A stretch of DNA of 64,000 bases from Octopus vulgaris. Taxonomy: Eukaryota. The stretch covers positions 22,382,001 through 22,446,000 of the forward strand of contig OX597822.1 in assembly GCA_951406725.2 (NCBI GenBank), read 5' to 3'. A model generated the notes under the pieces. The model ran no database searches and was not told the origin of the DNA. It worked only from the letters and a program-made list of their open reading frames with translations. Below, one piece after another: positions 11,698-26,888 of the stretch. Position 1 is the first letter of the stretch. Every line of letters begins with the position of its first letter. The translations under genes were made by a program, and so were the position numbers.

Positions 11698-12759
11698 TTA
11701 CTTTCATAACAATAATAATTGCTTTAATTTATACACAAAAGAAGCAATCCTTAAAAGGTAGTGATCAGTTGATTACATCAACTACTGAACTACTACTTCA
11801 TTTTATCAATTCCAGAGGAATGAAAAGTAAACTGATCTCAATGGGATTTGAACTCGAAACATAAAATAAATGGAACAAACACTGTATAGCGTTTCATTCA
11901 AAATTCTAATGGCTCTTACTTTTAAATTTAGTAACTGCATCTTCTGCTCCTCATTATCAATCTGATCAATATTCTCAATGTTCTGTTCCCCTAACACAAC
12001 TCCAAGATAGCCATGTAGTGTTTTGAAACCATCAGAAACTCAATATCCATGTAGACCCACCTTCTGCACTCATCACCTGCTGCCACAAAGGGAATGTTGG
12101 CTAAATAGACAATATTACCTCTAGTTTCTGTGGTTGTGACCTTCTTATCTCCATATTTCCTTTTTCCCAGATGCTGTATCACCAGCCCTTAAACAGGTGT
12201 GTGACACATAAGCTCCACTTGTTTTTTCCTTGCTTCATCCTTAATCTTAAAAGCCAAGTACACACTTCCACATACCCTACTTCAATCAACAGAGCACACA
12301 TTCTTTCATTTATTAATCAAGGTTTCTTAAAATTTTATCTGAAAAGACAAACAGAGAAAACTAGAGATACATCACCATCCCTCTTACCCTTTCTGAGATA
12401 AATTTCTTCTTCCTTTGCCTAGAGGTGAATGATGTCCAGTATTTCTCTTTGGCTTGCAACACCATCAAAGAATATGGTGTTGGTGGTTGTTTGCTTTACC
12501 CCTGTCAAATTGTAACCACCTATATTCTCTGATTATGACTGTGTCCATCTAGACTTCATACATTTTATTATGACATTCAAAAAATAATACTATTCGGCAT
12601 TGCACAAAAGCTATGCACCCACAGAGTGTCTATTTTATATGGTTCAAATAAATGTTACACTGTACAGTCATATTAAGCGATTTCAATTATCTGTAACCAT
12701 TTTAATCTTGAAATTGCAATGCAAATGTTGAAAACTTCAGAAAATTCACAAACAAAATA

Positions 12760-13130
12760 CTGACTTTAATGACAGTTGTTGTTATTAACCTCTGGTCAGT
12801 CCTGGTCAAACAGATCTATGAGGAAAACTATTCAATTGGTTATTATCCAAATCTGTTAAAATTATGGTGGATTGGCCATGTTCTAAGTACTGACAATAAA
12901 ACACCCCAAAGGTTATTTTTTCTTCTGAACAGACAACATGAAAATGTCATCGTGGAAGATTGCAGCTGAAATTCAAAGACATCTTCATGCCAAATCTCAC
13001 ACTCTGAAGCATCCAGTTTAAGTAGCATGAAACTGTTGCAAAGAAATGGAGAAATCTCTGTAATCTTGGTTGTCTGAGTAAGACTGAAAAAAAAAAAGGA
13101 AGACCAGAAATGTCAAATGAGAAACAGAAG
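12760..13130 (+). mobile_element. Highly decayed RTE-type LINE 3' fragment
   Basis: LKLWWIGHV....TPQRLF resembles the RLRW.GHV.RM...P motif. Confidence 0.5.
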
Positions 13131-13744
13131 ACTCCACCAATGATCCTATGCAGAGAATGTTACCAAATATTTTGATCAAATCTTGGTTTTCATTATCATC
13201 TGAGAGCTCTTGTTAGAAAATGAGACAAAAGCAACTGAAGTGAGCAAAACATTATCTCAATTTAAGAAAGCTCAACAGTGATGACATAAGTTACACACTT
13301 CCTCAACTACTGAAAGTTGACAGGGTATGAGGTAGTTTGAGAGTGATTTGGTTGCTGTTTCTAACAAGTCAAGCTACTGCTAGTTAAATTCGATTTAAAT
13401 GCTTTGAAATAATTTCCAACTCATCTACAAGATGTTGATGTTAAGAGAGCGGCCAACATCAATTTAAGCAAACAATATTGGTATGCAAATGTTACACAAA
13501 CTATCAATTTATTCTCCAGAGCATCAGTTAATGGCAAAGTCAATTGCTGGCAAAGTGAATGAATGGATAGGTGACTAAATGAAGTGCTGAGTACCTTCAA
13601 AATTTATTATTATCAAGAATGCATGCACCATTGACAACATATAAATGTATTTGGTATACTTCTTTCAACTTTATATTTTCTGCTCATAAATAATTATCTA
13701 TAAATTACATTAAATATTGTATCTTTTATTATCTTTTCTTCCAG

Positions 13745-13818
13745 AATTATATTCTAAAGTTAATCATTAACCAGATTAAAATACTAGGCTGGGAAAATGA
13801 AGGAAGTGCTTTTACAAA
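13745..13818 (+). CDS. Internal exon (74 bp, phase 0 to 2) of the M1 aminopeptidase gene
   Basis: Acceptor atcttttcttcCAG, donor AA|GTAAGT. Peptide NYILKLIINQIKILGWENEGSAFT(K) contains the conserved LGW. Phases match both neighbours. Confidence 0.92.
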
Positions 13819-13971
13819 GTAAGTTGAAATCAATTTACAATTATCTTAGCACTGTGAATAATATAGATCACTGATAACATATAAGTATCAATATATATAT
13901 ATGTTTGTGTGTGTGTGTATAATGATATAAATAATTGTGTGCATATGTATGTATGTATATATATATATGTA

Positions 13972-14021
<50 letters not shown>

Positions 14022-14209
14022 ATAACCATTCTATGCACTTTATGATTCTGAACCATTTGACTTCATGTTCAATCCCACTATGATACATTGAGTAAGCATT
14101 TTCTACTATAGCCCTAAGTTCATGAGTAGATTTGTGAAACAGAAACTAAGAGAAACCCATTGTGTGTGTATGTGTGTGTGCATGTGTACATATATATATA
14201 TATATATAC

Positions 14210-15548
14210 ACTCTCTAGAAAGAGTCAGAAGTAGTTGTCCAAGAATTTTTGCAACTTCATGAGCCCCAATTTCTAGCCTGCCAATTCTCCCAATCGTATT
14301 TCCATGGATTACAAGGAGGTAATATCAAAGAGTTCCCGGACTAGTTCTGTAGCGCACCAACAGATAGAAGTACATAATGAGAGTGAGCAGTGGCCTTCGT
14401 GAGGCAGTGTGCTAATTGACATCGCTGTGTTTACTTTGCAATTTGTGGTTTTGTGATCACATGTATGCTGTAGTCTCTCCTAACATCAACATGGACAGAA
14501 ACTTAGAACAAAGAGCCAACACGAAATTTTGTGTTAAACTTGGGAAGTCTATTACAGAGGCATTGAGCATGAATCAGCAAGCTTACCACTGCATGGCAAT
14601 GGATCATGTACAATTTTTCAAATGGCACGAGTACTTCAAAAGCAGAAGAACATTCCTGGAAGACAATGAGTGATCTGGAAGACCTGCCATGAGCACTACC
14701 CCAGAAATGTGGGAAAAATTAATCAGCTTAATCCTAAGGATCATCGGAGAACAATCAATGACATATGGGTCCACGCTGGCAATCCTAATGTCCATCATAT
14801 GGGTCTGTGTAAGCAATCCTAATGTATCTCATATGGGTCCATGCTGGCAATCCTAATGTCCACTGAGAATTGGATTCTTCACAACGACAGTCGCTGAGCT
14901 CTCCTCTCTCATAAGTTTCTCACCAAAAACAACATACTATCAGTTCTGCACCAACCCTATTTACCAGATTTAGCACCCGAGAACTTCCATCTCTTCCCCA
15001 AGATAAATGCAGCTCAAAGATCACCATTTTAACACCACTGTCAAGATCAAGTGTGAGTCACAGAGGGTCCTCAACTCACAGAAAATGATTTTCAGGCTGG
15101 ATTCCCAAAGTGGCAGGAATGTTGGGACTGGTTTATTGCTGCTGCACATGGTGACTATTTCGAAGGAGATGATGTTAAAGGTAAATAAGTTATTTTTTAT
15201 TAAACATAACTAGTCCAGAAACTTTTTGATACCACCTAGTATGTGTGGGTTGTGATTGAGAAAGACAATAACTGCTCTGCCTGCAACACAAAGGCTGAAC
15301 TCGTGAGCAAGATCAAGGCAATGTTCAAAGATCTTCCTAGGGATACAGCTAGGAAGGTATTTGCCAGGTTCTGAAGCTGTCTTGAGACTGTGGTGAAAGT
15401 TGAGGGCAGCTCCGTTGAGTAAACTGTTATCTGTCACTCATAATTTAGTTGATATTTTCTGAGTTTTTAAAATTACTTTTACTTTTGGATGGGATATTGT
15501 ATTTTCTTTTCCTTTTATGCAAAGTGTCGAATTTAACCCAAACAACTT
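14210..15548 (+). mobile_element. Tc1/mariner-superfamily remnant interrupted by a mariner insertion
   Basis: A decayed WPPNSPD.NPMDY|VW motif is split at a TA (14310-14311 / 15240-15241). TIR-like end gtgtcgaatttaacccaaacaac near 15525-15548. Confidence 0.65.
14312..15239 (+). mobile_element. Internally deleted mariner
   Basis: Imperfect TIRs (atcaaagagttcccggactagtt / aactagtccagaaactttttgat), TA flanks, EQRANTKFCVKLGKS HTH start and HQPYLPDLAP..FHLFP motif. Confidence 0.88.
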
Positions 15549-15584
15549 GTGTGTATGTATATATGTTTGTGTGTGTGTGTATAT

Positions 15585-15970
15585 ATCTATTATATATATT
15601 ATATAAAATCCATTCTGTCTGTCTGTGTCTTCTTGGATCTCAGGCATCCTCCATCCGATTGCACTCAAATTTGATATGTAGACACCGACGGTATCAGGGC
15701 GTGTATAAGTCTTAATAAAATTACAAAAATTGATTCGAGGTGAGAATGCGATTGATAAAGCCGTGGGAATGTGCATTTGTAAAATCGTTTTTCTTGAAAT
15801 AGAAGAAAGTCTATCTTTATTTCTTCTTTTGCTGGTGTCTCAAATTTAGGTTAAATCACTGTTTCTCAAAGGGGAGGCCTATGGGATGGTCGGACATGTT
15901 GTTTTGAGAAAATTTGGTTTAAATGTTTGACAACTCAGCACCGTCCATTGGTGGGGGGCGGCGTTTTGTA
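15585..15970 (+). mobile_element. Helitron/Helentron-like non-autonomous element
   Basis: 5' TCTATTATATAT.., a (TCTG) tract and an internal segment resembling 54848-55228; weak 3' GC hairpin; no CTAG end. Confidence 0.5.
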
Positions 15971-18349
15971 TATATATATATATATATATATATATTCACA
16001 CAAAACCACATTATACATGTGTGTTCAGTTTGTTTCCTTGTTTGTACTTTGCATGTTAGTTGTGAACAAGCATTACCTAATAAGTTGAGACAAACAATCA
16101 AAAATACATTAGTTTCCTTATTCTCTAAAATGCTGGTGAAAAATAATACAAATAAATGTCAAAGATTCTAGCAAATCTTGGACCAAATTTTGGCATATCG
16201 GAAGGAATGAATAAGAATAAGAGGAACCTACACTAGAATGGTTTAGCCCCACACTTAGATAACTATCTTCATAAAAAAACTATGGATTGTAAGCTTTGTC
16301 TTGAAACTTTTATCCAATGACCATGACCAACCATTAAAAAATATTATGGATCAGTGACTACATGGAAGCTGCTCTGAGAAGTAATGTTACAAAGCATCAT
16401 AAGAAAAAACGATACTCAAGAAGGATTTTAGTGTATACAAGTGAAACTATATAAATAGGAGTCAATTCTGTAAGTAATGTTCTGTCATGGCTTTAACTGT
16501 AGTAGCTAAAATAAATAAGAAGCTAATGACAAAAAAATAGCCAAAAAATAACTCTGTGTACAAAATCATGAAACAATTACTAACTAACCACTGACATGTA
16601 TGAAAACACAATACAGCTTCCACACACACTATTCACATTGACACTGACCATGCAGTGCAAAAAACACACATTAAAACTATTCTAATTAAAACATGCACAA
16701 GCACACATTCACACACTCATATACACAAACAACATACAAACATCCACACACACATTCACACACACCTACTCATAGGCACAAAATTACCCACACACATCCT
16801 CATACCTACATGCACACAATCACATATTCACGCAAACATCTGCACTCATAACCACACTCATATGCATTCAATACAAATACTACAAACTAGAAATACAAAA
16901 AAATCCAAAGCAGAAATCAATTTATGCCAGAGAAAAGTGATTTGTGGTTAGAATGTAAGATTTTTCCAATAAGTATTGCATAATCTTATTGATATATGAG
17001 AAAAGAGGTATCTAGTATATTCCAGGTCACAGGGACATTTTCCATCCCACTATCTTTCAGTTTCCAGAATTCCTGAGATCTAGTGCTGATTCTACCGCTC
17101 AACCTAAAATATGCTGGTTTAATAAATAAACTCTTTTACATAGATAACTAAGAATTCATACTTGTTTGCCTGCCTAAATATGTGCTCCTGTTCCAGCTCA
17201 TTTGAACACTATTATCAACTTAGGGAAATAACCAAAGATGGAAAAACAGCTGTCTTCTCTTCTATAAAGAATACTATATGAAAACCCTATACTATGTGTC
17301 TTATTTGGGTAGAAAATGGAATTGAAAATTTCATCAAACAATATATAGATTAAATTACTATAATGTACAGCTGCAGAAACTAAGATAGCCAGAAACTCAG
17401 TCATTATGAGATGGACATTTTCTATTTACATAAAGAAAAAAAATCAGTCATTCTAACTGAAAAAATATCAAAAGCAGTTATCGCTGCTTGGACAACATTG
17501 TTTTACAGATCACATAACACAGCAACAAACAAATAACCGACTAATCCTTACTTTTCCACCCTTTATTTCTAACAGCCAGCATGTAAATGCATATTTGCCA
17601 GAATCACACTAAATGAATCAAATCTCTTGTGATAGCAATATAGTGTCACTACAATACCAAATAATTATGTCCAAAGAAACTATATTAGACTCACTGTGCA
17701 TAATTATAAGAGCAGATTAAACCAGTGTACATAATGCTTCAGATTCAGGGTTAGAATCAACAGAAACTCTTTATCACAGTATGTTTGGAAACTGAAGGAC
17801 AACGAAGTTGAAAGTATATCTGTATCTTACATAACAGTGATGTAAAAAGGTGTACAAGATGCTTAATGAAAAATTATACATCCTTACTAAAGTATCATTC
17901 ACTGAAAAGAAGGGCTGAAATTTCAAGCTATTGCAAACACCAGGTAAAGCGTTTAGGAAAGCAATTTTTATTACAGGATAGCATTTGGTCGGTTTCCACA
18001 TTTGTAGGGTGTCAACAATGGTGACACCCTGCCTAGAGACTGTCATAATTTGTATGATAGGTAATAGCTATTAATCCTATCTCTTTGCTTTAACTAGCTC
18101 CAACAAAAGGTACAAACCCAGTGAAAGTCAGGAACCAGCTACAATTTTATTTGCCATATTATTTTGCCAGAGAGCCTGAATGATCGCATGTACATAAAAC
18201 TCCAAGTAGCAGAAAAGTGAATTGTAAATACATATATGTGTATATGCCATACACACACACACACACGTATAGTATATACACATGTACACATACAATCATG
18301 TTCACATATGTAATAGACACATTTGTGTTAATGTAAGTAACAAAACATA

Positions 18350-18790
<441 letters not shown>

Positions 18791-19028
18791 TATATTTCAT
18801 ACATATGTCGAAATGTTTATGATTATGAACATATAATCATATGCACTGATGTGTGTGTGTATGTGTGCACGTGTGTGTGTGTGTGTGTGTGTATGCATAC
18901 AGACCTACTGTGTGTGAGTCTTTGCACTGTATTATTTCCTGTTTTCTATTCCTTTCCACTAAGACATTTTTAAGTATATACATTAGCAGATTTTTATGTT
19001 ATTATTACAGTGGTTGTTCATTTTATCA

Positions 19029-19225
19029 TAATAATATTAATAATAATGATAATAACAACAGCAACAACGATGATAATAATAATGATAATAACAGCAGCAA
19101 CAACGATGATAATAATAACAGCAATAATAATAATAATAATAACAGTAATAATAATAATAATAATGATAATAATAATAATAATAATCATAATAATAATAAC
19201 AGCAATAATAATAATAATAATAATC
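19029..19225. repeat. Compound (AAT/AAC/GAT/AGC)n repeat
   Basis: Direct reading; source of the poly-N/poly-I ORFs. Confidence 0.95.
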
Positions 19226-19709
19226 AAAACAGCAGGTCTCTGTTATTGAAGTACAGAATTAGCTCAGAAATACATTACAGTAGCTGGCTACCTCACAGCT
19301 GAGAGCAGTCTTTGTAAATATCTCTTATATACTTGCCCTCCAATATTTATATTCCCATACAAACCGAAATTTCTAAAGAACACTAAACATTAATAAACTC
19401 AAACACATGCAGTTCACCACACGCATACATGTACACATACACATATATGCATGGATGTTAGTGTAAGTAACAAAACAGAGATTTGTGTGTGTGTGGGTGT
19501 GTATGTGTACACCTTCACAAAACAATAAGAAATTGAAATCGCAAACACATATAGCTGTGTACATAAAACATATATATATACAAAGAATTATAATACACAT
19601 ATAAAAGAAATAACAGACAAATACTCCAGAAAACTGTGTGTGTGTGTGTGTAATTATCACGCAAAATCTAATTATGCATAAACAGGATCTGTTTTGTGTG
19701 TGTGAACAC

Positions 19710-19747
<38 letters not shown>

Positions 19748-19808
19748 TGCCCCAGCATGGCCACAGCTTGTGAGCTGAAACTAGATAAAATAAATAAATA
19801 AATAAATA

Positions 19809-19858
<50 letters not shown>

Positions 19859-21899
19859 AATATTAAACACTCATGAGTAATTTGAAAAGCTGAACTGAAG
19901 GAAAATCAGAAAGACATTCAAACAACCACATCAACATCATCATCACAACAGGAATCAACACGACCAACAACATTAACAACATTGCATAAAATACCATCAA
20001 CTCTGCTATTTATACCATCACTGTTAAACTCTCAAGTCAACGAGGAAGCTGCATAGCAGTTTCTTGATCTGCCAAAAATAGCAGTTAAAAGGCAAATCAT
20101 GCATTATCTTGAGAAAGGAGCATTAGCATTGTTAAAACAGGATAAAAAGTAGTCTCCCCACTCCCCAAGTAGCATTTTCTTTTTTAGTTCCACTATTTTT
20201 CGTGTGTATTTGTGATTTTTGGAGGGCTGAGTGGGTGTAGGAGTGATATGGAGGTAGAGGAGGGGAGAAATCTCATGGACTATGCCCAGGTGGTATTAAC
20301 TTCAGCCATGCCAATGGGAAGGAGAGATATAACATAGCTCTATCCTTAATGCACTCTACCTTGGAGAAAAGAAAATGATGTGATGATCAGAACTAGAATA
20401 TCTTGATTCCAGTCTTTCCAATCAATACTAGGTCTCCATTCAGTTAAGACTTACCTAGGGCTTAGCAACAGCTGACAAAACTACAAAAACAACTCTATTA
20501 ATAGCACCAACACAAACAAAATCCACACCAGCAGACTCATCATGGCACTTTGACATAAAAATAGTCCTTCGAATTACAGGTCCCTTTAGTATGCAAGGAT
20601 TCCATTGTTTCATTTGACCCTTATTTCACACACACAGCTCAAGTCAATCTGAGGCTGTGGTAAGAAATATTCACTGAAGATGCCAAGCAGCGGATTATTT
20701 GAACCCTGAGTTTCATAGTTGCAAAGTGAACTTCTTAGACACACTGCCATGTTTGTGCCCCATCACTTCCACTGTTGGCAATAACATCTTTATCACTAAA
20801 CTAACCAACCAACCAGTGAAGAGGAACAATGTTACACTAAGTTGAGACAATGTTTATTCTTCCGTAAAATTTGGAAACATTTTCAATGTTATAGCTACAA
20901 GATGGTATCCATTGATTTTACTGCCATTTTATGTTATCATTGTTATTGTTAATATTCTTGTTCTTGTTCATCATCATCAGCTTTGTCAGTGGCAGTGAAA
21001 TATATATTTATTTTAATTTATTTTGATATTGGTGTTTTGATGATGGGTAGAAGAAAATTCTTTGTGAGTTGTGTTTGTAACATTTCAGTTACCATTCTGG
21101 AACCATCTAATTAGATTTACATTAATACAATTCTTCCGGAAAAGGATGAATGTCATAGTTTGACATTTCCTCCTTTGTTAAATGTGTTTATTTCATATCT
21201 AAGAAAGAAAGGGGCTAGCAGGATCAAATATCTTCCTGGAAAACTATTTGGGTGTGCTGCTGGGCCCTTACAAAAGGAACACAGCTGAAAGAGTTGCTGC
21301 CCCCTCAGATAAAGAACCCAACTGCAGAGTTGCTCCTAGGCCCTTGAATAAGGAAACCCAACTGAAGAAGTTTCTACTGACATTTTCACCTGGATGTATC
21401 AATCAGAAGTCTCTAGGATTTATTTCAAGCTTGAAATAATTAAGAAAAAGTTGTGAATATTTTACTGAAAAAGAACACATAAGGTACTTTGTATATAGTA
21501 AAATTAATGTTTGTATCTTTTTGGTTTCATGCTTTTGCTTGATGGGGCTGAGGTCATTCCAAGTTAGTGCTCTCAGAGCCGTTGTCATGTGTAGAGCCAA
21601 CCAGGTCCATCAGTGCTCTCCATCTCTGGTGGTCCTGTGCCAGCCCTCTGCATCCTCCAAGGTGGCATCAAGCCTCTGGAGATCTTCCCCAGTCATGTCC
21701 AACCATCTGGTATGGAGTCTGTCATGAGACCTCTTCCAGCTTACAATTGCTGTGTTGAGTAAGAGTAAAGCTCACGTGTGACAATCTTGCAGGAGACAGC
21801 ATATCAGCACATGCAACAGATAGCTATGATTTAACAGTTTAATAATACTAATTAATAGATATTTATTTCTTACAACAAAAAGATTCATTTATTGTATTG

Positions 21900-22303
21900 G
21901 AGCACAAAACTCCACTTGTGAAGACCTGTTGAGGCAAGTGAAAATCAAAATCATAATCGATCAACATCAATGGAATTTGTAGCTGTGATGCCGGTGGCAC
22001 GTAAGAGAACCATCCGAATGTGGCCGTAGCCAGCGCCGCCCTGACTGGCCTCTGTGCCGGTGGCACATAATAAGCACCATCAGAATCGTGACCGTTTGCC
22101 AAGCTCGTCTGGCACCTGTGCAGGTGGCACATAAAAAGCACCCACTACACTCACGGAGTGGTTGGCGTTAGGAAGGGCATCCAGCTGTAGAAACACTGCC
22201 AGATCAGACTGGGCTTGGTGCAGCCTTCTGGTTTCCCAGACCCCAGTTGAACCGTCCAACCCATGCTAGCATGGAAAGCGGACGTTAAACGATGATAATG
22301 ATG
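21900..22303 (+). mobile_element. RTE 3'-UTR-only copy
   Basis: Colinear with 51917-52461; (GAT)n tail. Confidence 0.88.
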
Positions 22304-24107
22304 TAGTTAAAATGGTTTAGTTATTATTTTTATATGGTGTGCACTTTGTTAAAGAGAATATAGCAATAGCCTTGAGTAAGATAAGCAACTGTGCAAAAAT
22401 GTTCCCTCAATGCTTTGTTGTTGGATTAGGTGCTTCTGTCACTCAGTAATGACCATAGATCATATAACATGTATGTGCAGCTCTGAACAAGATTTTTTTT
22501 TTTGAGGAAGACAACAGTAAGCTAAATATACAAAGCCACTCTTCTCCATGTCAAGGGAAATTCCACCAAGAGCAGCTAGTTACAGTGTCAACAAGGAATG
22601 TAAACAATATACCAGTGTTTAATTCTTGCAGAAATCAAAGCTGTAGAATGTCAGCATTCACACACGTTAATGTGTGTGTATGTGTGTATAGGTCTGCACA
22701 TGAATGGTCACAAAAACACAGGCATGACTATATAGTTAAGGAGTTTGTTTTGGGTTCAGTTCTACAGCATAATAATAACTTAGATAAGTGTTTCTACAAG
22801 AACTTCTGGCAAACCAAAGCCTTGTGAGTGGATTTAGTTTACAGAAACTGAAAGAAGCCCATCATAAATATGTGTGTCTCTGTATGTGTGTTTGTCTCCT
22901 TGTTTTGGCATCACATGATAGTTGTAAATGAGTGTCACAAGTGATATCCATCATTTCCAGTTTCCTATAAACACTTATCTGACCATGAAGAAATATTATC
23001 GTACTGGGTTAAGAGTAACAGTAAGGACATTTGACCATAGAAAATTTGCTTCAATGAATTTTGTCTGACCTGTGATAGCATGGAAAAGTGGATGTCAAAA
23101 GTATGTGTGTGTATGCACCACACACACACACACACATGTGCCCACCAGGCATCCATACAGTTCTGTGTGCAAATTGCACACAAAAGTTATTGACTAACCC
23201 AGTATTGAACCCAAAACCATGTGGGTATGAAGCAAGCTTCTTAACCACACAGTCATACCTTCATCTATGTCAATTTTAAATTTCAGAATGTAGCAGAAAC
23301 ATATATCAAATAAACTATAAATGCTCATAGTCAGAATCTGTACTTCAAATAGCTGCAAAAAATTCAATAGTTTATTAATTTGTTAATGATGCAAGCCAAT
23401 TAAAAATTTATAAATCATTAAAAACATGTTGAAGAAAACAAATGAAATATAACCTCCTGTCTCATTAAAGCTGGCAAAAAGCTAATAGATTACCACACAT
23501 TGATAAAAAAGCAAAATAATCATAAACTTTTATCCTAATTAATTTATTGACTACAGTCTAAATACAGAAACTGACAGTGAAAGGCTAATGGCTAAATAAT
23601 CAACAAAATGCTACACCACTTTATCTCAATAAACATCTAAGATGGAAAATTTATATCAATAAACTGACAAGGAAACTCTTTCAAGCCATGTAATGGTCAC
23701 TGATTTTTTTTCTATCTTCTAAAAATTAAAATATAAATATATACTATGCTATCTTCCCTTTCTCTCCTCCATATTGTTCTTTGAACTGAGAATCAAAAGA
23801 AAAAAATTGCTGTCAGCAAACCTCTTTTGTTTGATAACAATCCATTTGTCACCCCCAAAATACTTATGCTACATGTGTCGGATATTTTAGATATACTTAC
23901 TGTCTTTATTTTCAGTCAAATTTATAGAAATATATTTTTGCAGTATTGAGTGTGTTGAAATAAATCTCAACTTCCATTCACATAGAACAATAAATATTTA
24001 AGAAATGTCTAAATAATATTAAGAGTCCACAAAAAACAAGTTTTGTATTCTCAGTATTAAATCTTTCAAGTGGCTTCGTGTTGTAAAAGCTGATAGTGTG
24101 AAGATTA

Positions 24108-24456
24108 TACTGAAAGTAATTCAAAAGTGGGCATAACTTTTTCATTAACTGCCACAGAGTATTCAAAGGGCACATTATAGTAGAGTAACTCTTCCTCCAT
24201 GCAAAAGTACAGTCAAACAGCAATGCATTGCTGAATTCCATTCCTGAATCCTCTTCAGAAATCTCAGGTTTGCACTGTTGTATCCAGTCTTTACTGCCAC
24301 TATTACCTTGTTTGCATCATGGAATCATTGTTACTGCATTGGAGAATAATGAAGGAGACTTACTACAGAGGAAGAGTTATACTACCATTTTGTGCAAACT
24401 GAACAACCTATATCAGTTAATGAAAAGTCATACTCATTTTTGCATTACTTTCAATA
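24108..24456. mobile_element. Old MITE with ~90 bp imperfect terminal inverted repeats
   Basis: 24108-24200 is the reverse complement of ~24363-24456; TA at both ends. Confidence 0.7.
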
Positions 24457-26689
24457 CAGTCATTACATGAAGAATTCTTAAGAATTGTGACAATGTTAGA
24501 AGGAAAATGGGCATCTAATGTGAAAAATGAATCACAAATTAGCCAAGTGTGACTGGATTTTATTGGCATTAGCCCATACACACTGCTAAAACAGCCGAAC
24601 TGTTATAGAAATGGGATATAAATAAGAATGGATGCTGATTGATAAAGTGCTGCATATTGTTGGGATGGTATTCCTGTTGAAAACAAACACTTAGGTAAAC
24701 ATGGAAAGAAGTGGAGAGATATAAAGAAGTGGAGAGATAAATCTTAAAACATCAGACTTCACAGAAATGATAAATGACTAAGAAGAGCAGCAATATGATG
24801 TGCAGTAGACACATTTAAATTATTCTTGCAACATGAAGTGGACATTATGAGAACAAAGAGGGCAAACCATTTTAAATATACATTTAATCTAAATGCAGTA
24901 TTTTAGGTAGGTGCAAGCATGATGTGCTTCACGGAGAAGAGGTGATATAATTAGTATTACAGAAAGGGTGCAGTACAGCAGAATAATAATGAAGTTATAG
25001 AACAGGCAAGGATGAGCAGTAAGGAGATTATAGATGGGTGGAGGCTGCAAGAATGTTAGGGATGATAGTGATAAGGATGGAGGAAGTAAGAGGTATATAA
25101 GAGTGAATGAAGGAATAACAAACAAAAGTGGAGGTGTCAATGAGAATTAGAATAGGAAAGAGGGAGAGATGACTGGTGGTTCAAAAAGGGGACGAAATAT
25201 ATAGCTCTCATTTAAACGTAGCTGCAGAATAATGAAGAACCCAGAAGAGTAATGGAGAAGTCAGTGATAGGGAGATGAGGGGTAGTAATGAATGCATGAC
25301 AAGAACAACTTAAGTGAGATGCTCAGTTGTATGCCTGAGAGTTCAAAGTAGAGGAATAAGAAGATCTGTAATTTGGAAAACATTTAAGAATTGGTGACAA
25401 GAACATAAAACTGTAAAGATATTGCTTCAAATAAATACCCATCAACATATGCCAGTATAGAAAAACAAACGTAAAAGGTATAAACAAATGAGTTCAGTGA
25501 CATCAATAGAATGTAGTGGTGGGGTATATTGCTGGTGCTTTTGTTATTGACCTTTAGATATAAAAAGTTCGAAGCCAGTTTTAGTCAGTTTTGAAGAAGT
25601 TGTTAAATAGACAATAGCAATTAGACAGCTGTCTACAGTTTGTATAAACACACCTTTTGTAGGAATAAAGTAATAAACTAACCTCTTCAAAAGGAAGTAC
25701 ATTTTATAAATAAACAAGAACACAAAAGAAATTTGATAGACAAAATAAGATATTTGTTAGATAATTATTTATCATTTGTAAAGAGTAAGAAAAATTTTAT
25801 TTCCTGTTGTTCAATGAACATTGATATCTGTGTGTATGTGTGTGGGTGTACACGCACACAGACATACCACTCTCATTTGCATACTATACATTCAGCTCAC
25901 TCTTAGTGCTTGTATTTCATTGTAGATTGACTATCATCAAATGGAAATTGTAAGGAGTAAGATTTGTGGGAGGAGGGGATTATTATAGTAAGAAGGGAAA
26001 GTATTGTTTGTAGATGGAATGGAATCAGTTCAGAATTTGGTTAAGGCTTTTGAGTATCTCCTTAACTCAGGATTCTGGGTTCAATTCCTACCTGGCTTAA
26101 TGTTTGTTCTATAAATTACTCTCAAAATTGAGCACAATCATTAATATCTAGATTTTCATAGATCTAGGTTTTATGAAAACCAGATCAAAGATTGATCAAC
26201 AAAACAAAATACTCTGGCCTCTCCTATTCCCATTCTTATTTTATGGTGAATTAACTGCTCAGGAATTAGCAAATAAGAGGTTAAGCATTCCACAAACGTG
26301 TACACTTAATGCGATTTCTCTGGTATAATCAGCTTGTCATGGTGTATAAAATCCAACCAATGGGCTTTGATACAAATTCCATTAACTGAATGGAAACTAT
26401 AGAAATGAAATGGAAATTATATGGGGAACCAACAGATATGGATTGACCCAAAGCTATATAAAATGATATTTGTGAGTGAGGGTGTAGTCTTTTTTTTAGT
26501 TTATTTGAATTTCACAGTAATTACTACAGAGAACTTACATGTATAGGTGCGTGTGTGTGTGTATAAATACAGATAGTTATAAACCATAGGTATCACTCAC
26601 AAGCAGGTATGATCTTGTAGCATGTATTGCACTTTTGCTGATAATTTTAGGTGTGTATATATTCACAAACAGACACACTCTTAACCCTC

Positions 26690-26888
26690 ATATAGTTGAC
26701 CCAGCAGCGCATTGAAAATGTGACAACTGGGGGGAGGGAGTGAGAGGTGGATTGCACCACCAGTTGGCTGGTATTCGTTACAGCTGAGTAGACTAGAGGA
26801 ACATGGAGACATGTTGCTTAGCCCAGGATTGAAACCCACGAGCTTATGATTATGAGCCCAACACCTTAACCACAGGGCCACAAGCCTT
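26690..26888 (-). mobile_element. tRNA-derived SINE, third family
   Basis: Reverse strand has an A-box-like TGGCCCTGTGG and a B-box-like GGTTTCAATCC; no tRNA acceptor stem. Confidence 0.6.

Noticed and set aside
18007-18029. Hairpin GGGTGTCA-N7-TGACACCC
   Set aside because: An isolated 8-bp stem is expected by chance in 64 kb.
18853-19302. Poly-Asn ORF
   Set aside because: Trinucleotide repeat without splice or domain support.
24880-25700. Possible minus-strand Penelope end; similar hints at 49240-49440 and 62330-62650
   Set aside because: Only compositional skew and faint motifs; too decayed to call.
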